DNA of 64,000 nucleotides from Candidatus Micrarchaeota archaeon (GTDB taxonomy: Archaea; Micrarchaeota; Micrarchaeia; Micrarchaeales; CABMGC01), in contig JAJZRI010000003.1 in NCBI GenBank assembly GCA_021802765.1, positions 27,919-91,918 of the forward strand, in the 5' to 3' direction. The position numbers were made by a program, and so were the translations under genes. The notes below the pieces were generated by a model. The model did no database searches and was not told where the DNA came from. It saw only the letters and a list, made by a program, of their open reading frames with translations. Every line of letters begins with the position of its first letter. The first letter of the stretch is position 1. This document shows positions 18,127 to 27,385 of this stretch, piece after piece.

Positions 18127-20190
18127 TTATTCCTCTTCGCGCTTCACTAATTTAAGTATTCCGGGCTTTGGCGTATAGATGTCCCCGCTCCTCTCAAGCT
18201 CGTTGACGTATTTTGTTGTGTCTACCCTGCTTATGTTCAGCGCCTCGGCATCATCAAGCACGCGCTTGTAGTCCGCGCCGGATCCCTCATCGAGCTTCTT
18301 TATTAGTGCAACTATTTGGTTCATCTTGCTTATCTTCTCCTTGGGGAAACCGGTCATTATCCGGTCTATGTCCAGGTTTCCTGCGCTGTCCACTCCCAGG
18401 GTCTTGAACATGTACTGGAATAGGGCTATTGCAAGCTCGGCGTCCTTGAGCTCTATCTTGTTTGAGAGCCTGGACTTCGTGCTGGCCTCGGCCATCCTAA
18501 CAAGACCCTCTATCTGCCTTGGGGTGATGGGTGTGGATCCTGTCCTCATTCCCTTTGACCTGAGATTTAGATAGTAATCCTCTATCCTCTTGCTCGCCTC
18601 CTGCGTAAGCCTTGGATTTATGTGCCTCTTTGCATAAGCTATGTACTTCCTGAGCATTTCCGGCGTTATTGGCGGGAGCTGCGGTTGCTCATAATTTGTT
18701 GCGCCGGATACCTTTGCTCCTGCAGACTCATGCTGCAGCAGTATATGCCTTGCTATTGACTTGTCCTGCTCCTCGTCCATGATGTCCTGTATTGGGAATA
18801 TGAGGTCGAATCTTGACAGAAGCGCTGGAGAGATGTTGAATTGGTCTGATGGATATGCATTCTTGTCGAACCTCCCGAACTTGGGGTTTGCAGCGGCTAG
18901 GACGGAGGTCTTTGCGGAGAATCTGGCGACTATTCCTGCCTTAGCAACGCTTATTGTCTGGGACTCTAGCGCCTCAAGGAGCGAGGACTTGTCCTCCTCG
19001 CTTATCTTGTCGAACTCGTCTATGCTAACTTCTCCGCCGGATCCCAGCACCAGAGCACCTGCCTTGAGAGTCCATCCCCCTTCCGATAGTTCATCGCGTT
19101 CTGCAGATGCAGTAAGACCGGCAGACGTGGTGGATTTTCCGCTGACATATATTCCCTTTGGGACTATGGCAGTAACGGCCTGCAGGAGCCTTGTCTTAGC
19201 GCTTCCCGGATCCCCTATTAGCATTATGTGGATGTCGCTCCTTATGGCGCCGCCGTCTATTAGCTTCTTTTCGGCAGTTCCGCCGAAAAGCTGCAGCGCA
19301 AGGGCGCTTTTTATCTCATCGTATCCATATATTGACGGCGCGATGGATTTTGTTATCTTGTCGAAAATATTAGGATCCTTTGACATCTCAAGTATTGCAG
19401 CCTCGTCTTCGCCAGTAATGTCTAGCTCTGCAAATTCCTTCTGCTTTGGCCTGAGAGATACTGTATCAAAGAATGGAGTGAAGAGGGACTTGTCCTCCTT
19501 TCCCTTTGCATTCCTCCTTGGCCGGATCCTAAGTATACCGGTTATCGAGACCCTATCCCCAGGTATTATGGTGTTGACAAGGTCGTCGTCTATCACGACC
19601 TCCAGGTGCCATGTTGGCGTGCTGCCCCTTAGCCTCTCCAGTGGATCCTGGACTGCAAGCCTTTGCATGTTTATGAACTTTGACTCGTTGTTTATCTGCT
19701 TGAGCGCCCGCCTTTTGCACTGCGGGCATATCTCTGGCACGTCGTCCTTGTCTATCTTTGTCTCGATGGTGCTGCCGCAGAATGTGCACTTGAACTTTGC
19801 GACCTGCACGCGCGGTATTATCTCGGATCTCTTGACCACGAGCGAATCCAAGGTCAGGAGCTTGTTTATGTGCTCCGAACCGACGTCCTGTATCAGTGGC
19901 ATGTTGGCTTCTGATCCGAAGAACCTCGCATATACTGGCTCCTTTAGATCGGAGGGGCTTAGCTTTGTAAGCGCCGAGCTTGCAATAGGCATTATAACGT
20001 CTGGATTCTCCTGCAGCTCAGTTGCAAGATCGACGTCATATCTCTCCAGGTCTTTTGTGTCTATGAGCACGCTCCTCTTCTTTGGATAGCTTACATACAT
20101 GTCATTTATCTGGTCTATGTAGTACGAGTTGAAGAATTCGGTGAATCTGTCTTCTATTTGCCCCGAGGCTACGGCGTCTAAACTATCCAT
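18127..20190 (-). CDS. mcm: Replicative helicase MCM
   Basis: C4 zinc finger, GDPGSAKT Walker A, IDEFDK Walker B, SRFD arginine finger; no intein. Confidence 0.97.
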   Translation of the reverse strand: MDSLDAVASGQIEDRFTEFFNSYYIDQINDMYVSYPKKRSVLIDTKDLERYDVDLATELQENPDVIMPIASSALTKLSPSDLKEPVYARFFGSEANMPLIQDVGSEHINKLLTLDSLVVKRSEIIPRVQVAKFKCTFCGSTIETKIDKDDVPEICPQCKRRALKQINNESKFINMQRLAVQDPLERLRGSTPTWHLEVVIDDDLVNTIIPGDRVSITGILRIRPRRNAKGKEDKSLFTPFFDTVSLRPKQKEFAELDITGEDEAAILEMSKDPNIFDKITKSIAPSIYGYDEIKSALALQLFGGTAEKKLIDGGAIRSDIHIMLIGDPGSAKTRLLQAVTAIVPKGIYVSGKSTTSAGLTASAERDELSEGGWTLKAGALVLGSGGEVSIDEFDKISEEDKSSLLEALESQTISVAKAGIVARFSAKTSVLAAANPKFGRFDKNAYPSDQFNISPALLSRFDLIFPIQDIMDEEQDKSIARHILLQHESAGAKVSGATNYEQPQLPPITPEMLRKYIAYAKRHINPRLTQEASKRIEDYYLNLRSKGMRTGSTPITPRQIEGLVRMAEASTKSRLSNKIELKDAELAIALFQYMFKTLGVDSAGNLDIDRIMTGFPKEKISKMNQIVALIKKLDEGSGADYKRVLDDAEALNISRVDTTKYVNELERSGDIYTPKPGILKLVKREEE

Positions 20191-20287
20191 GAGTACCACT
20201 ACAAGCAGACCCTTATACCCTCGCTGCGAACAATATAAAAATTATCCCTAAATAATAGAATAGTGGAAGTAACCCGCAGATGGTTTT

Positions 20288-21796
20288 TTGCCTAAATTTT
20301 ACATAACGACCTCAATACCGTATGTCAATGCGAAACCGCACATCGGGCACGCGCTTGAATTTGTGCAGGCGGACGTTATAGCAAGGCACAGAAAGATGCG
20401 CGGGGAGCAGGTTAAAATGACCACTGGGGGAGATGAGAACAGCCTGAAGATAGTGCTGGCTGCAGAGAAGCTTGGAAAGTCTGCCGCTGAGTTGTGCGAG
20501 GAGAACTCGGGCAGGTTCAAGGAACTTGCCGAAATGATAGAACTTGATTATGATGCATTTGTCAGGACATCAATAGATCCGGGCCATAAGAAGGTGGCGC
20601 AGGCGCTCTGGAAGGCGTGCGATGGCGCGGGGGACATCTACAAAAAGAAGTATGGAGGGCTTTATTGTGTTGGTTGTGAGCTGTTCTATACCGAAAACGA
20701 GCTTGATGGAGGATTGTGCCCGGAGCACAAAACGAAGCCGGAGTTTGTTGAGGAGGAGAACTATTTCTTCAGACTCTCTAAGTATCAGGGCAGGCTGCTT
20801 GAGCTGATAGAGAGCGACCAGGTGAAGATAATACCGGACTTTAGGAAGACCGAGATGCTGAACTTCATAAAGTCCGGGCTTAGCGACTTTAGCATTTCAC
20901 GGTCAATAAGCAGGTCCCATGGATGGGGGCTCAAAGTTCCTGGTGACGAGTCCCAGATAATATATGTGTGGTTCGACGCGCTTGGAACATACCTTACCGG
21001 AGTGGGCTTTGCATCTGATCAAAAGGAGTTTGATAAATACTGGCCGGCAGACATGCACGTGGTTGGAAAAGGAATATTGAGGTTTCATGCAATCTATTGG
21101 ATTGCGATGCTCATGTCCGCCAAAATAAAACTGCCAAAGTCGATACTTGTGCATGGATATGTGACTGTAGACGGCCAGAAGATGAGCAAGAGCATAGGAA
21201 ACGTTGTGGACCCTATAGAGCTCGTGAAGAAGTACGGTGCCGAACCTATCCGGTACTATTTGATGAAGGAGATATCCACATTCCAGGACGGCGACTTCTC
21301 CGAGACAAAGCTAAGGGATGTGATAAACAACGAGCTCGTCGGCAATCTGGGTAATTTTGTCAACAGAACATTTGTATTCATAAATTCTAAGCTTGACGGG
21401 AGACTGGCTGAGACTGGGCTTGGTGAAGGGGCGCTGCTGATGAAAGAGATTCATGATCTTGTTGACTTGGCAGATAAGCTGCTTGAGGAGGGCCAGTTGA
21501 ACTTTGCTATTCTCAAGATACTGGAAATATCAAGCATGGGTAATAGGTATTTCCAGGAGAATGAGCCCTGGAAGCTGGTGAAGGAGGGTGACAACGAAGC
21601 TGCGCGCGAAGTCTTGTTCGTATGCGCGAACATAGCGCGCATTTTGGGGATAATGCTCTATCCATTCATGCCCTGCGCCTCTGAGGAGCTTCTTGCCCAG
21701 ATCGGCGAGAAGCCGGGACCAATCGGGGATGCAAAAAAAATAGCCGCATCGTTTGAGATAAGCAAGCCGCGGCTTCTGTTTAGCAAGGTCGAATGA
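20288..21796 (+). CDS. metG: Methionine--tRNA ligase, short single-knuckle form
   Basis: HIGH, YCVGC...CPEH, YVWFDA, KMSKS motifs; TTG start. Confidence 0.96.
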   Translation: MPKFYITTSIPYVNAKPHIGHALEFVQADVIARHRKMRGEQVKMTTGGDENSLKIVLAAEKLGKSAAELCEENSGRFKELAEMIELDYDAFVRTSIDPGHKKVAQALWKACDGAGDIYKKKYGGLYCVGCELFYTENELDGGLCPEHKTKPEFVEEENYFFRLSKYQGRLLELIESDQVKIIPDFRKTEMLNFIKSGLSDFSISRSISRSHGWGLKVPGDESQIIYVWFDALGTYLTGVGFASDQKEFDKYWPADMHVVGKGILRFHAIYWIAMLMSAKIKLPKSILVHGYVTVDGQKMSKSIGNVVDPIELVKKYGAEPIRYYLMKEISTFQDGDFSETKLRDVINNELVGNLGNFVNRTFVFINSKLDGRLAETGLGEGALLMKEIHDLVDLADKLLEEGQLNFAILKILEISSMGNRYFQENEPWKLVKEGDNEAAREVLFVCANIARILGIMLYPFMPCASEELLAQIGEKPGPIGDAKKIAASFEISKPRLLFSKVE

Positions 21797-21890
21797 GCCT
21801 ATAACTGTTTTATACTTATTTCTACATCATATCTTTGTGATGACCGAGAACTTGTCTGATTTATGATGACGATCTTGAGTGCTGATTTAT

Positions 21891-22103
21891 GTGGGAAGGA
21901 TCTCCAGGGATGCTATAAGGAAGCTTGTTAAGAAACACTTTGACGTCAGTGTTACGGCCGGCGGGGCGGAGGAGATAGCAAAAATACTCGAAAACGAAGC
22001 GGAGAAGATAGCAAGCTATGCGGTCAAGAACGCGAAAAAGGACAGCCGGGACAAGGTCATAAAGAAGGATATAAAAGATTATGTCATAAAGGGAAGGCGC
22101 TGA
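21891..22103 (+). CDS. Divergent archaeal histone-fold protein
   Basis: ~70 aa; RISRDAIRKL...A..AVKNAKKDSRDKVIKKDI matches the HMf three-helix pattern. Confidence 0.75.
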   Translation: MGRISRDAIRKLVKKHFDVSVTAGGAEEIAKILENEAEKIASYAVKNAKKDSRDKVIKKDIKDYVIKGRR

Positions 22104-22108
22104 TTTTG

Positions 22109-22660
22109 ATGGCTCTGGACTTCCTGATTAGCGACGATGGACGGATCGTTACAAGCACTTACGAAAGGGATGGCCGGAGTAGGTTCTGCCTGTCGGAAAG
22201 AACAAAGTATGGAACACTGATATCGGAATTTAGCTCCAACTCAGAGGTATTAAACCAGGTTCATATAGCGAGCACTGATAATGAGAAAGGTCTGCTTGAA
22301 TATCTAGGGTCAAAGGAGCGGCGCGTTGTTCTCGTTGGAGCTTATCGCGGCATAAAAGTGAACGCGAAGTGCAGCTCCTGTGGCAAGATCGGACTTCGGC
22401 GCCTTCTCGACTTATCAAGCCCGATGGAGATAACAGAAGCGCCGGTAGTCCCGCTGTTCAAGTGTGCCGCATGCGGCAAGATTCATTACTCTATGACTGA
22501 CGAGTATTTGAGACGGATAATGCAGGACAAGGAAGGGCTCTTTGAACCTGGAGAACTAGCTGAGGTGCGCAAGGATGGGAATGCTTCGGTGAAGATGCTG
22601 CAAGAGTATATAATAAGAATTTTTGCTTCCAAGAAGATTAGTAGATTCAAGATAGAATGA
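22109..22660 (+). CDS. Hypothetical zinc-ribbon protein
   Basis: CSSC...VVPLFKCAACGKIHYS, resembling a YgiT/MqsA-type zinc finger. Confidence 0.65.
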   Translation: MALDFLISDDGRIVTSTYERDGRSRFCLSERTKYGTLISEFSSNSEVLNQVHIASTDNEKGLLEYLGSKERRVVLVGAYRGIKVNAKCSSCGKIGLRRLLDLSSPMEITEAPVVPLFKCAACGKIHYSMTDEYLRRIMQDKEGLFEPGELAEVRKDGNASVKMLQEYIIRIFASKKISRFKIE

Positions 22661-22664
22661 TTAT

Positions 22665-22907
22665 ATGACAGTAAACATATCCGAACTTTACAACAAGAAG
22701 ATTCTGACGCTGGGAGGCAGGATGCTCGGAGAGGTGAAGGGAGTGATGCTTAACATGGAGAATGGAGAGGTCTCCCATCTGCTTCTCAATAATCCAGAGA
22801 GTCTCATGCGCAGCAGCAACTTGCGCACAGACTTCATAAAGAACAGCGTATCCTTCAAGAGGGTAAGGAAGATAACGGAGAGCATAGTCGTTTCAGATAC
22901 GGAGTAA
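22665..22907 (+). CDS. PRC-barrel domain protein
   Basis: ISELYNKKILT..G..LGEVKGVMLNMENGEV pattern; 80 aa. Confidence 0.85.
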   Translation: MTVNISELYNKKILTLGGRMLGEVKGVMLNMENGEVSHLLLNNPESLMRSSNLRTDFIKNSVSFKRVRKITESIVVSDTE

Positions 22908-23019
22908 AGGATAGTATTGTCAATTGATTCGGATGGCCTGGGCCATGCATAGGATAACGATTAGGTTTCGATCCGACGGAAATTAACGCTTGCTAGGTTT
23001 TTCTGGCGGTAGGTCAGGA

Positions 23020-23151
23020 TCAGTTTGTGGATACTTCTTTTGCAAGCGAGGATCTCTTCTTGGAGAGAACCCTGTATCCGCAATACTGGCACCTTATGAA
23101 CTTGTCCAAAGACTTGGCCTCCTTTCCGCAATGAAGACATACGTATGACAT
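23020..23151 (-). CDS. rpoP: RNA polymerase subunit P (Rpo12)
   Basis: Manual translation MSYVCLHCGKEAKSLDKFIRCQYCGYRVLSKKRSSLAKEVSTN; expected position after L37ae; too short for the ORF track. Confidence 0.92.
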   Translation of the reverse strand: MSYVCLHCGKEAKSLDKFIRCQYCGYRVLSKKRSSLAKEVSTN

Positions 23152-23159
23152 AAAATCCA

Positions 23160-23522
23160 CTATTTTTTATTATAATTCTTGAGCCACTTGGCAAGTTCCT
23201 GGTGTATGTGCGAGAAGCTCGTGTCTATAACGCGTATGTTGAGCTTCTGCTTGTATTCCTCCTCGTCCAGCGTTAGCATCGGCATGTACTTGTCCATCTT
23301 TGCATAGTGTAGCTCGAGCCAGTGCAGCCTTCCCTTTAGGTAATCCTTTGTGACTTCGTCAGTCATTGGCAGCGAGGAGAAACTGAAAAGGAATCCGTTT
23401 ACCCAGTAGAGTGGCATTGTTCCCTGCGGAGTGACCCTCTCCCTAAGCAGATCGTCCTTTGTGACCTCGACTATCTCGTGTATCACGAGCTCTTCGGCCG
23501 GCGAATAAGTTATCTTTGCCAT
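23160..23522 (-). CDS. Conserved hypothetical protein inside the exosome operon
   Basis: 120 aa, 4 and 8 bp from its neighbours, typical codon usage. Confidence 0.75.
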   Translation of the reverse strand: MAKITYSPAEELVIHEIVEVTKDDLLRERVTPQGTMPLYWVNGFLFSFSSLPMTDEVTKDYLKGRLHWLELHYAKMDKYMPMLTLDEEEYKQKLNIRVIDTSFSHIHQELAKWLKNYNKK

Positions 23523-23526
23523 CTTT

Positions 23527-23754
23527 TTACCTGTTAAGCAGCCTGCTTACCGTCTCTCCTGCAGTGGTATGGAAGGTGTATGCGCCTCCTGCGAATGTGG
23601 AATCGCAGTGTCTGCAGTGCCATATGCCATTCATGACGCGCTTGACTGCAACCTTTCCGCAGAGATCGCACTTGTACCTCTTGCGCTTGTCGGCTCCTAC
23701 AGCAAGAAACCTCTTCCTGAGGCTTACTCCATATCTTACGTTAAAATTTGCCAT
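23527..23754 (-). CDS. rpl37ae: 50S ribosomal protein L37ae
   Basis: RYGVSLRK, CDLC, GIWHCRHC, FAGGAY motifs. Confidence 0.95.
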   Translation of the reverse strand: MANFNVRYGVSLRKRFLAVGADKRKRYKCDLCGKVAVKRVMNGIWHCRHCDSTFAGGAYTFHTTAGETVSRLLNR

Positions 23755-23758
23755 ATTA

Positions 23759-24541
23759 TCACTCTTTTGCGCTCTCGATGTGCTTCCTGAGCTCCTTGGA
23801 CTTATCAAATGTTATGTCCAATAGGTTTTCTAACTCTTTCGGTGCGAATGACCCTGAGAGTCCCTTTTGCATAGCCCTAATAACCTTCTCGTCATTAGCC
23901 ATTGTTACGCGCGCATCCATGAAGGCTTCCTCATTGCCGTCAGGATCAAGAACTATATTCTCTGCAATCTTTGCGAAGGTGCATGACGTGACGATGTTGT
24001 TGACCTTCAGTTTACCTAGGTTTCCTTCGCGTATTACCTCCTCCCCCTCCAGCTTTGGCATCCTTGCTGTGGAAAGAGCCGTGGAAGCCGCAAGCGTTCC
24101 AGCATCGAAGAGGTTGCCGTCGTAATTGAGTATGTATACATCTATGAATAGGTCCCAGACCTTGCCTTCCTCTATGAAGAGTGCCTTGGTATCTATCATG
24201 CCCGATGATCTTATCCCCCTATCTATCACCCTTCCGAGCTCGATGGCCTCTGGGGATGGCGGACCAGCCTCAAAGGACTCTGATGCAAGAGGAAGCAGCT
24301 CTGCAGAAGTTATTAGGTTTCCCTCGTTTGGCTTGTCAGGCATAGGTTCGCCGACGCCGAGCTTTACTCCCACTAGCACTCTTGTGTTTCCAAAATTTAC
24401 ATCTGCCGAACCTTCGGCATTTGGAACGGCACCCTTCTTTATCGTTATCCTCCTGTAGTCGAGCATGTCCCTTCCGTCTTCCCTTGCACCTGATGCAAGC
24501 AGATCTCTTATGTAGTCTCCAGTTACTGTTCGTATTTGCAT
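23759..24541 (-). CDS. rrp42: Exosome component Rrp42
   Basis: REDGR..DYR, AEGSA, FEAGPP, RVIDRGIRS, DGNLFDA motifs. Confidence 0.95.
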   Translation of the reverse strand: MQIRTVTGDYIRDLLASGAREDGRDMLDYRRITIKKGAVPNAEGSADVNFGNTRVLVGVKLGVGEPMPDKPNEGNLITSAELLPLASESFEAGPPSPEAIELGRVIDRGIRSSGMIDTKALFIEEGKVWDLFIDVYILNYDGNLFDAGTLAASTALSTARMPKLEGEEVIREGNLGKLKVNNIVTSCTFAKIAENIVLDPDGNEEAFMDARVTMANDEKVIRAMQKGLSGSFAPKELENLLDITFDKSKELRKHIESAKE

Positions 24542-24546
24542 GAAAA

Positions 24547-25287
24547 TCACTTTTTATATTTATCCAGGGTCTTCTCATATGGCGCCCTTAACGCCTCGCG
24601 CTGCACCTTCGAAATAGTCTCTCCGGCCTTCTTTATCATTTCTAGCCCGCGACGTACTTCCTCTTTTGTCATGTTGCCATCCATCTGTAATAGGAGTATA
24701 TCCCCAGTCCTTGGGCTTATTGCCACTGGCATATCTGCGTCGGAGTAATTGTCTTCTATTTTATTCATGTCGAGTATAAGCTCGTCTCCAACCTTTCCTA
24801 CTGAGACTGCAAACGGTATGTCTGTCATTGGTATTCCGGAAGCCGCGAACGCGACTGCGGCCGCAGTTATCCCTGCTGCCCTTGTTCCGCCATCCGCCTG
24901 CAGGACATCTATGTAAAGGTCCATCTCCGCTCCGGGGAATTGCTCAAGCAGCATCACGTTCTGGAAGACCTCTTTTGTAACCTTTGATATCTCAGTGGAT
25001 CTCCTGTTGGGCCCGGTTCTTCCATGATCTTCGAGCGAAGAGAACGGAGACATCTGGTACCTGCATTTTATTATCGCCTTTTCCGGATCCTGGACGTGCT
25101 TTGGCAGCGCTTCCTTCGGGCCGTAAACTGCGGCAAGTATCTTGTTGTTGCCCCATTCTATGTAAGCAGATCCTACAGCATTCTTCACTGCTCCAACCTC
25201 TATCTTAAGAGGCCTAAGCTCGTCAGAGGCCCTTCCGTCTAGCCTTTTCCCATTTATTATTAGTTGTGGTTTTTCTCCTCCGCCCAT
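24547..25287 (-). CDS. rrp41: Exosome component Rrp41
   Basis: RLDGR..ELRP, VYGPKE, RRSTEIS, QADGGTR, EDNYSDAD motifs. Confidence 0.96.
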   Translation of the reverse strand: MGGGEKPQLIINGKRLDGRASDELRPLKIEVGAVKNAVGSAYIEWGNNKILAAVYGPKEALPKHVQDPEKAIIKCRYQMSPFSSLEDHGRTGPNRRSTEISKVTKEVFQNVMLLEQFPGAEMDLYIDVLQADGGTRAAGITAAAVAFAASGIPMTDIPFAVSVGKVGDELILDMNKIEDNYSDADMPVAISPRTGDILLLQMDGNMTKEEVRRGLEMIKKAGETISKVQREALRAPYEKTLDKYKK

Positions 25288-25289
25288 TC

Positions 25290-25892
25290 TTACACCTTGT
25301 TTCCTGACAACAGCACCTTTATACGCTCGGTTAGGCCAGTTGTGTGCGCCTCCTCGACTATCTTAAGTATGGCCGTCGTTGCGAGGTCTATCTTGCCTCC
25401 ACGAAGCCATATTATGCCGTTTAATCCGATGACTATCGTTGTGCCTGTACCTTCGGTTATCTGCTTTAGCATCGAGTTGCCCTTGCCGATTATCCTTGGG
25501 GTTCTTGATGGGCTTACGGCCATTATCTTTCCGCCGTTGAGCCTTGTGGGCTTTAGCAGCATCACCGTGCCTCCCTTCTCGAGCTGCTTTACTGTGGCTG
25601 ATACAACATCCCCAGCAGAGAGTTCTGCGTCGACGAACTTAGCAAGCGCAAGACCTTTGTACGGAGCCTTGAGGTTTATCAGGTACATCGTGCCCTTGTC
25701 TTCCTCAATCACGCCTATGACATTGTCTCCGGAGCGCGGCTGCCAGAGGCCTTCGAGAGGTATTAGGGACTTCCTATCCTCGTCAAAATAACCCATTATG
25801 CACGTATATGTGCCATTCTTGTCCGAAATCGTATTTTCTATTCTAACCGGGGTGCTTGTAAGTTTCTCTCCCGGAACCACTATTCTTTGCAT
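25290..25892 (-). CDS. rrp4: Exosome RNA-binding protein Rrp4
   Basis: IVVPGE; S1 domain; KH motif PRIIGKGNSM; GLNGIIW; AHTTGLT. Confidence 0.92.
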   Translation of the reverse strand: MQRIVVPGEKLTSTPVRIENTISDKNGTYTCIMGYFDEDRKSLIPLEGLWQPRSGDNVIGVIEEDKGTMYLINLKAPYKGLALAKFVDAELSAGDVVSATVKQLEKGGTVMLLKPTRLNGGKIMAVSPSRTPRIIGKGNSMLKQITEGTGTTIVIGLNGIIWLRGGKIDLATTAILKIVEEAHTTGLTERIKVLLSGNKV

Positions 25893-25894
25893 TT

Positions 25895-26578
25895 TTACAC
25901 CATGTTTCTTGACTGCGCGCTGCCTTTTGTGAAGTTGTTGAGCTTCTCGAAGAATTCTCCCTGCAGTCCTGCTGGGAATTCCAGAGTTGCCTTAAGAGAG
26001 CCATCGGGCATCCACTCCTCTGATTTAAGCCCGTACTGCTTTAGGAGCCCAAAGCTTCTGTTGGCATACTCGGCAGGAATCACCACCTCCATCTTTGCGG
26101 TGGCGAACTTTATCGGTAATATCATATTGATCTTCTTGACCACAGTGTCAACCTGCTCCTGCGCGCCCTTTAGCGGATCTATGGTGACCTTGGCCGTCTG
26201 CATTGCATTCTCTATTCTCTGCAGCGGATGGGGAGCGCCGGTCTTTGGGTCTATGGAATTCCTCGCTATTATCTGCTCGATCTGCTTGCGCTTCTCCTCC
26301 GTGAGCTTGCGGTGCTGCTCTGTAGTTATTGGCACGTTTCCATGCTTGAGTATGTATTCGACTATCTTTGGGAGATCTGTTGTCTGGAAGGCCTTCTTGA
26401 GCTTTTCCTGACTAGGCTTCTCTCCTTTGTTTGCGTCAGAAAAGACCTCTTCAACAGTAAGCGCGGACATTGCATCGGTGCGCTTCCCAGTAACATAGTC
26501 ATATGCTAGATCGGAGTCTACGAATATCTCGAAGTGATCCCCGTTCGCAGAGTACTTTGCTATTACTGTCTTTGACAT
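25895..26578 (-). CDS. sdo1: Ribosome maturation factor SBDS/Sdo1
   Basis: HFEIFVD, VFSDANKG, IDPKTGAPHP..RIE motifs. Confidence 0.95.
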   Translation of the reverse strand: MSKTVIAKYSANGDHFEIFVDSDLAYDYVTGKRTDAMSALTVEEVFSDANKGEKPSQEKLKKAFQTTDLPKIVEYILKHGNVPITTEQHRKLTEEKRKQIEQIIARNSIDPKTGAPHPLQRIENAMQTAKVTIDPLKGAQEQVDTVVKKINMILPIKFATAKMEVVIPAEYANRSFGLLKQYGLKSEEWMPDGSLKATLEFPAGLQGEFFEKLNNFTKGSAQSRNMV

Positions 26579-26596
26579 TCTATCAGCCGTAGAAGA

Positions 26597-27301
26597 TTAG
26601 ATGTACGTCTTGAGCTTGTCTGGGGTAAGTATTAGGAAGTCCTTTCCATCTTGTATGTAACCTATATCGACATTCTCTTCCGTTATGGTCGATTCACTTA
26701 CCTTCTTTAATATCTTCAGGCCGAGACTTATGGCGTCCTGAAGGTTCATATCGTCCTTATACTCCTTCATTAGCATCTCCGTTGCAACCTTCTTGCCGAT
26801 CCCTATGGCATCGGCCTTGTATCCGAGGAAGGACGCCCCAGGCTCTATCTCGTAGAGTCTTGGCGCGTCGTCTATGCCTCCGACAAGGAGCGAAACCGCA
26901 TATGGCCGCATGCCTCCGAACTGGGTGGCTTGCATCATGTATGCAGATATGTTTTTTGCAAGAGATTCTATAGACTTTACATCATCATAAACTAGTTTGT
27001 GGTTCTGTGTCTGGCCCCTAGCGGCATCTATTATGTGCAGACCGTCAGCCACCATTCCACTGTACGTGGCCCCTATCCTTGCGTCCACCCTGAATACCTT
27101 CTGTATAGTTGAAGGTACAGCAAGAGGCTCTGATATGTTCTTGTGGGCAACGAATACGACTGCATCTGATGTCGTTATGCCTATCGATGTGGCGCCCTTC
27201 CTCACAGCTTCCTTGGCGTACTCCACTTGGAATAGCCTTCCATCAGGATTGAACATCACTCCTCTGTCATAAGCTTGCACGTTTGGGTACATATAATTCA
27301 C
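26597..27301 (-). CDS. psmA: Proteasome subunit alpha
   Basis: AYDRGVMFNPDGRLFQVEYAKEAV signature. Confidence 0.96.
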   Translation of the reverse strand: MNYMYPNVQAYDRGVMFNPDGRLFQVEYAKEAVRKGATSIGITTSDAVVFVAHKNISEPLAVPSTIQKVFRVDARIGATYSGMVADGLHIIDAARGQTQNHKLVYDDVKSIESLAKNISAYMMQATQFGGMRPYAVSLLVGGIDDAPRLYEIEPGASFLGYKADAIGIGKKVATEMLMKEYKDDMNLQDAISLGLKILKKVSESTITEENVDIGYIQDGKDFLILTPDKLKTYI

Positions 27302-27385
27302 TTTATAATAAGAGAAAGATTATGATAATATTCTTATCGGACTATAATTATATACTTTTGCTTTGCAGGCTGATTTAGGATAAAA

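Noticed and set aside
18761-20089. 442-aa + strand ORF and other long antisense ORFs (e.g. 4903-5694, 5794-6588, 2732-3580)
   Set aside because: Shadow frames antisense to mcm, ths and other clearly identified genes; Ser/Leu-rich with no motifs
22934-22986. Possible Pcc1 remnant (MHRITIRFRSDGN)
   Set aside because: Stops after 13 codons, lies on the opposite strand to the operon, and no frameshift restores a Pcc1-like sequence
22961-23194. 77-aa minus-strand ORF from the track
   Set aside because: Out-of-frame overlap with the real rpoP gene (23020-23151)
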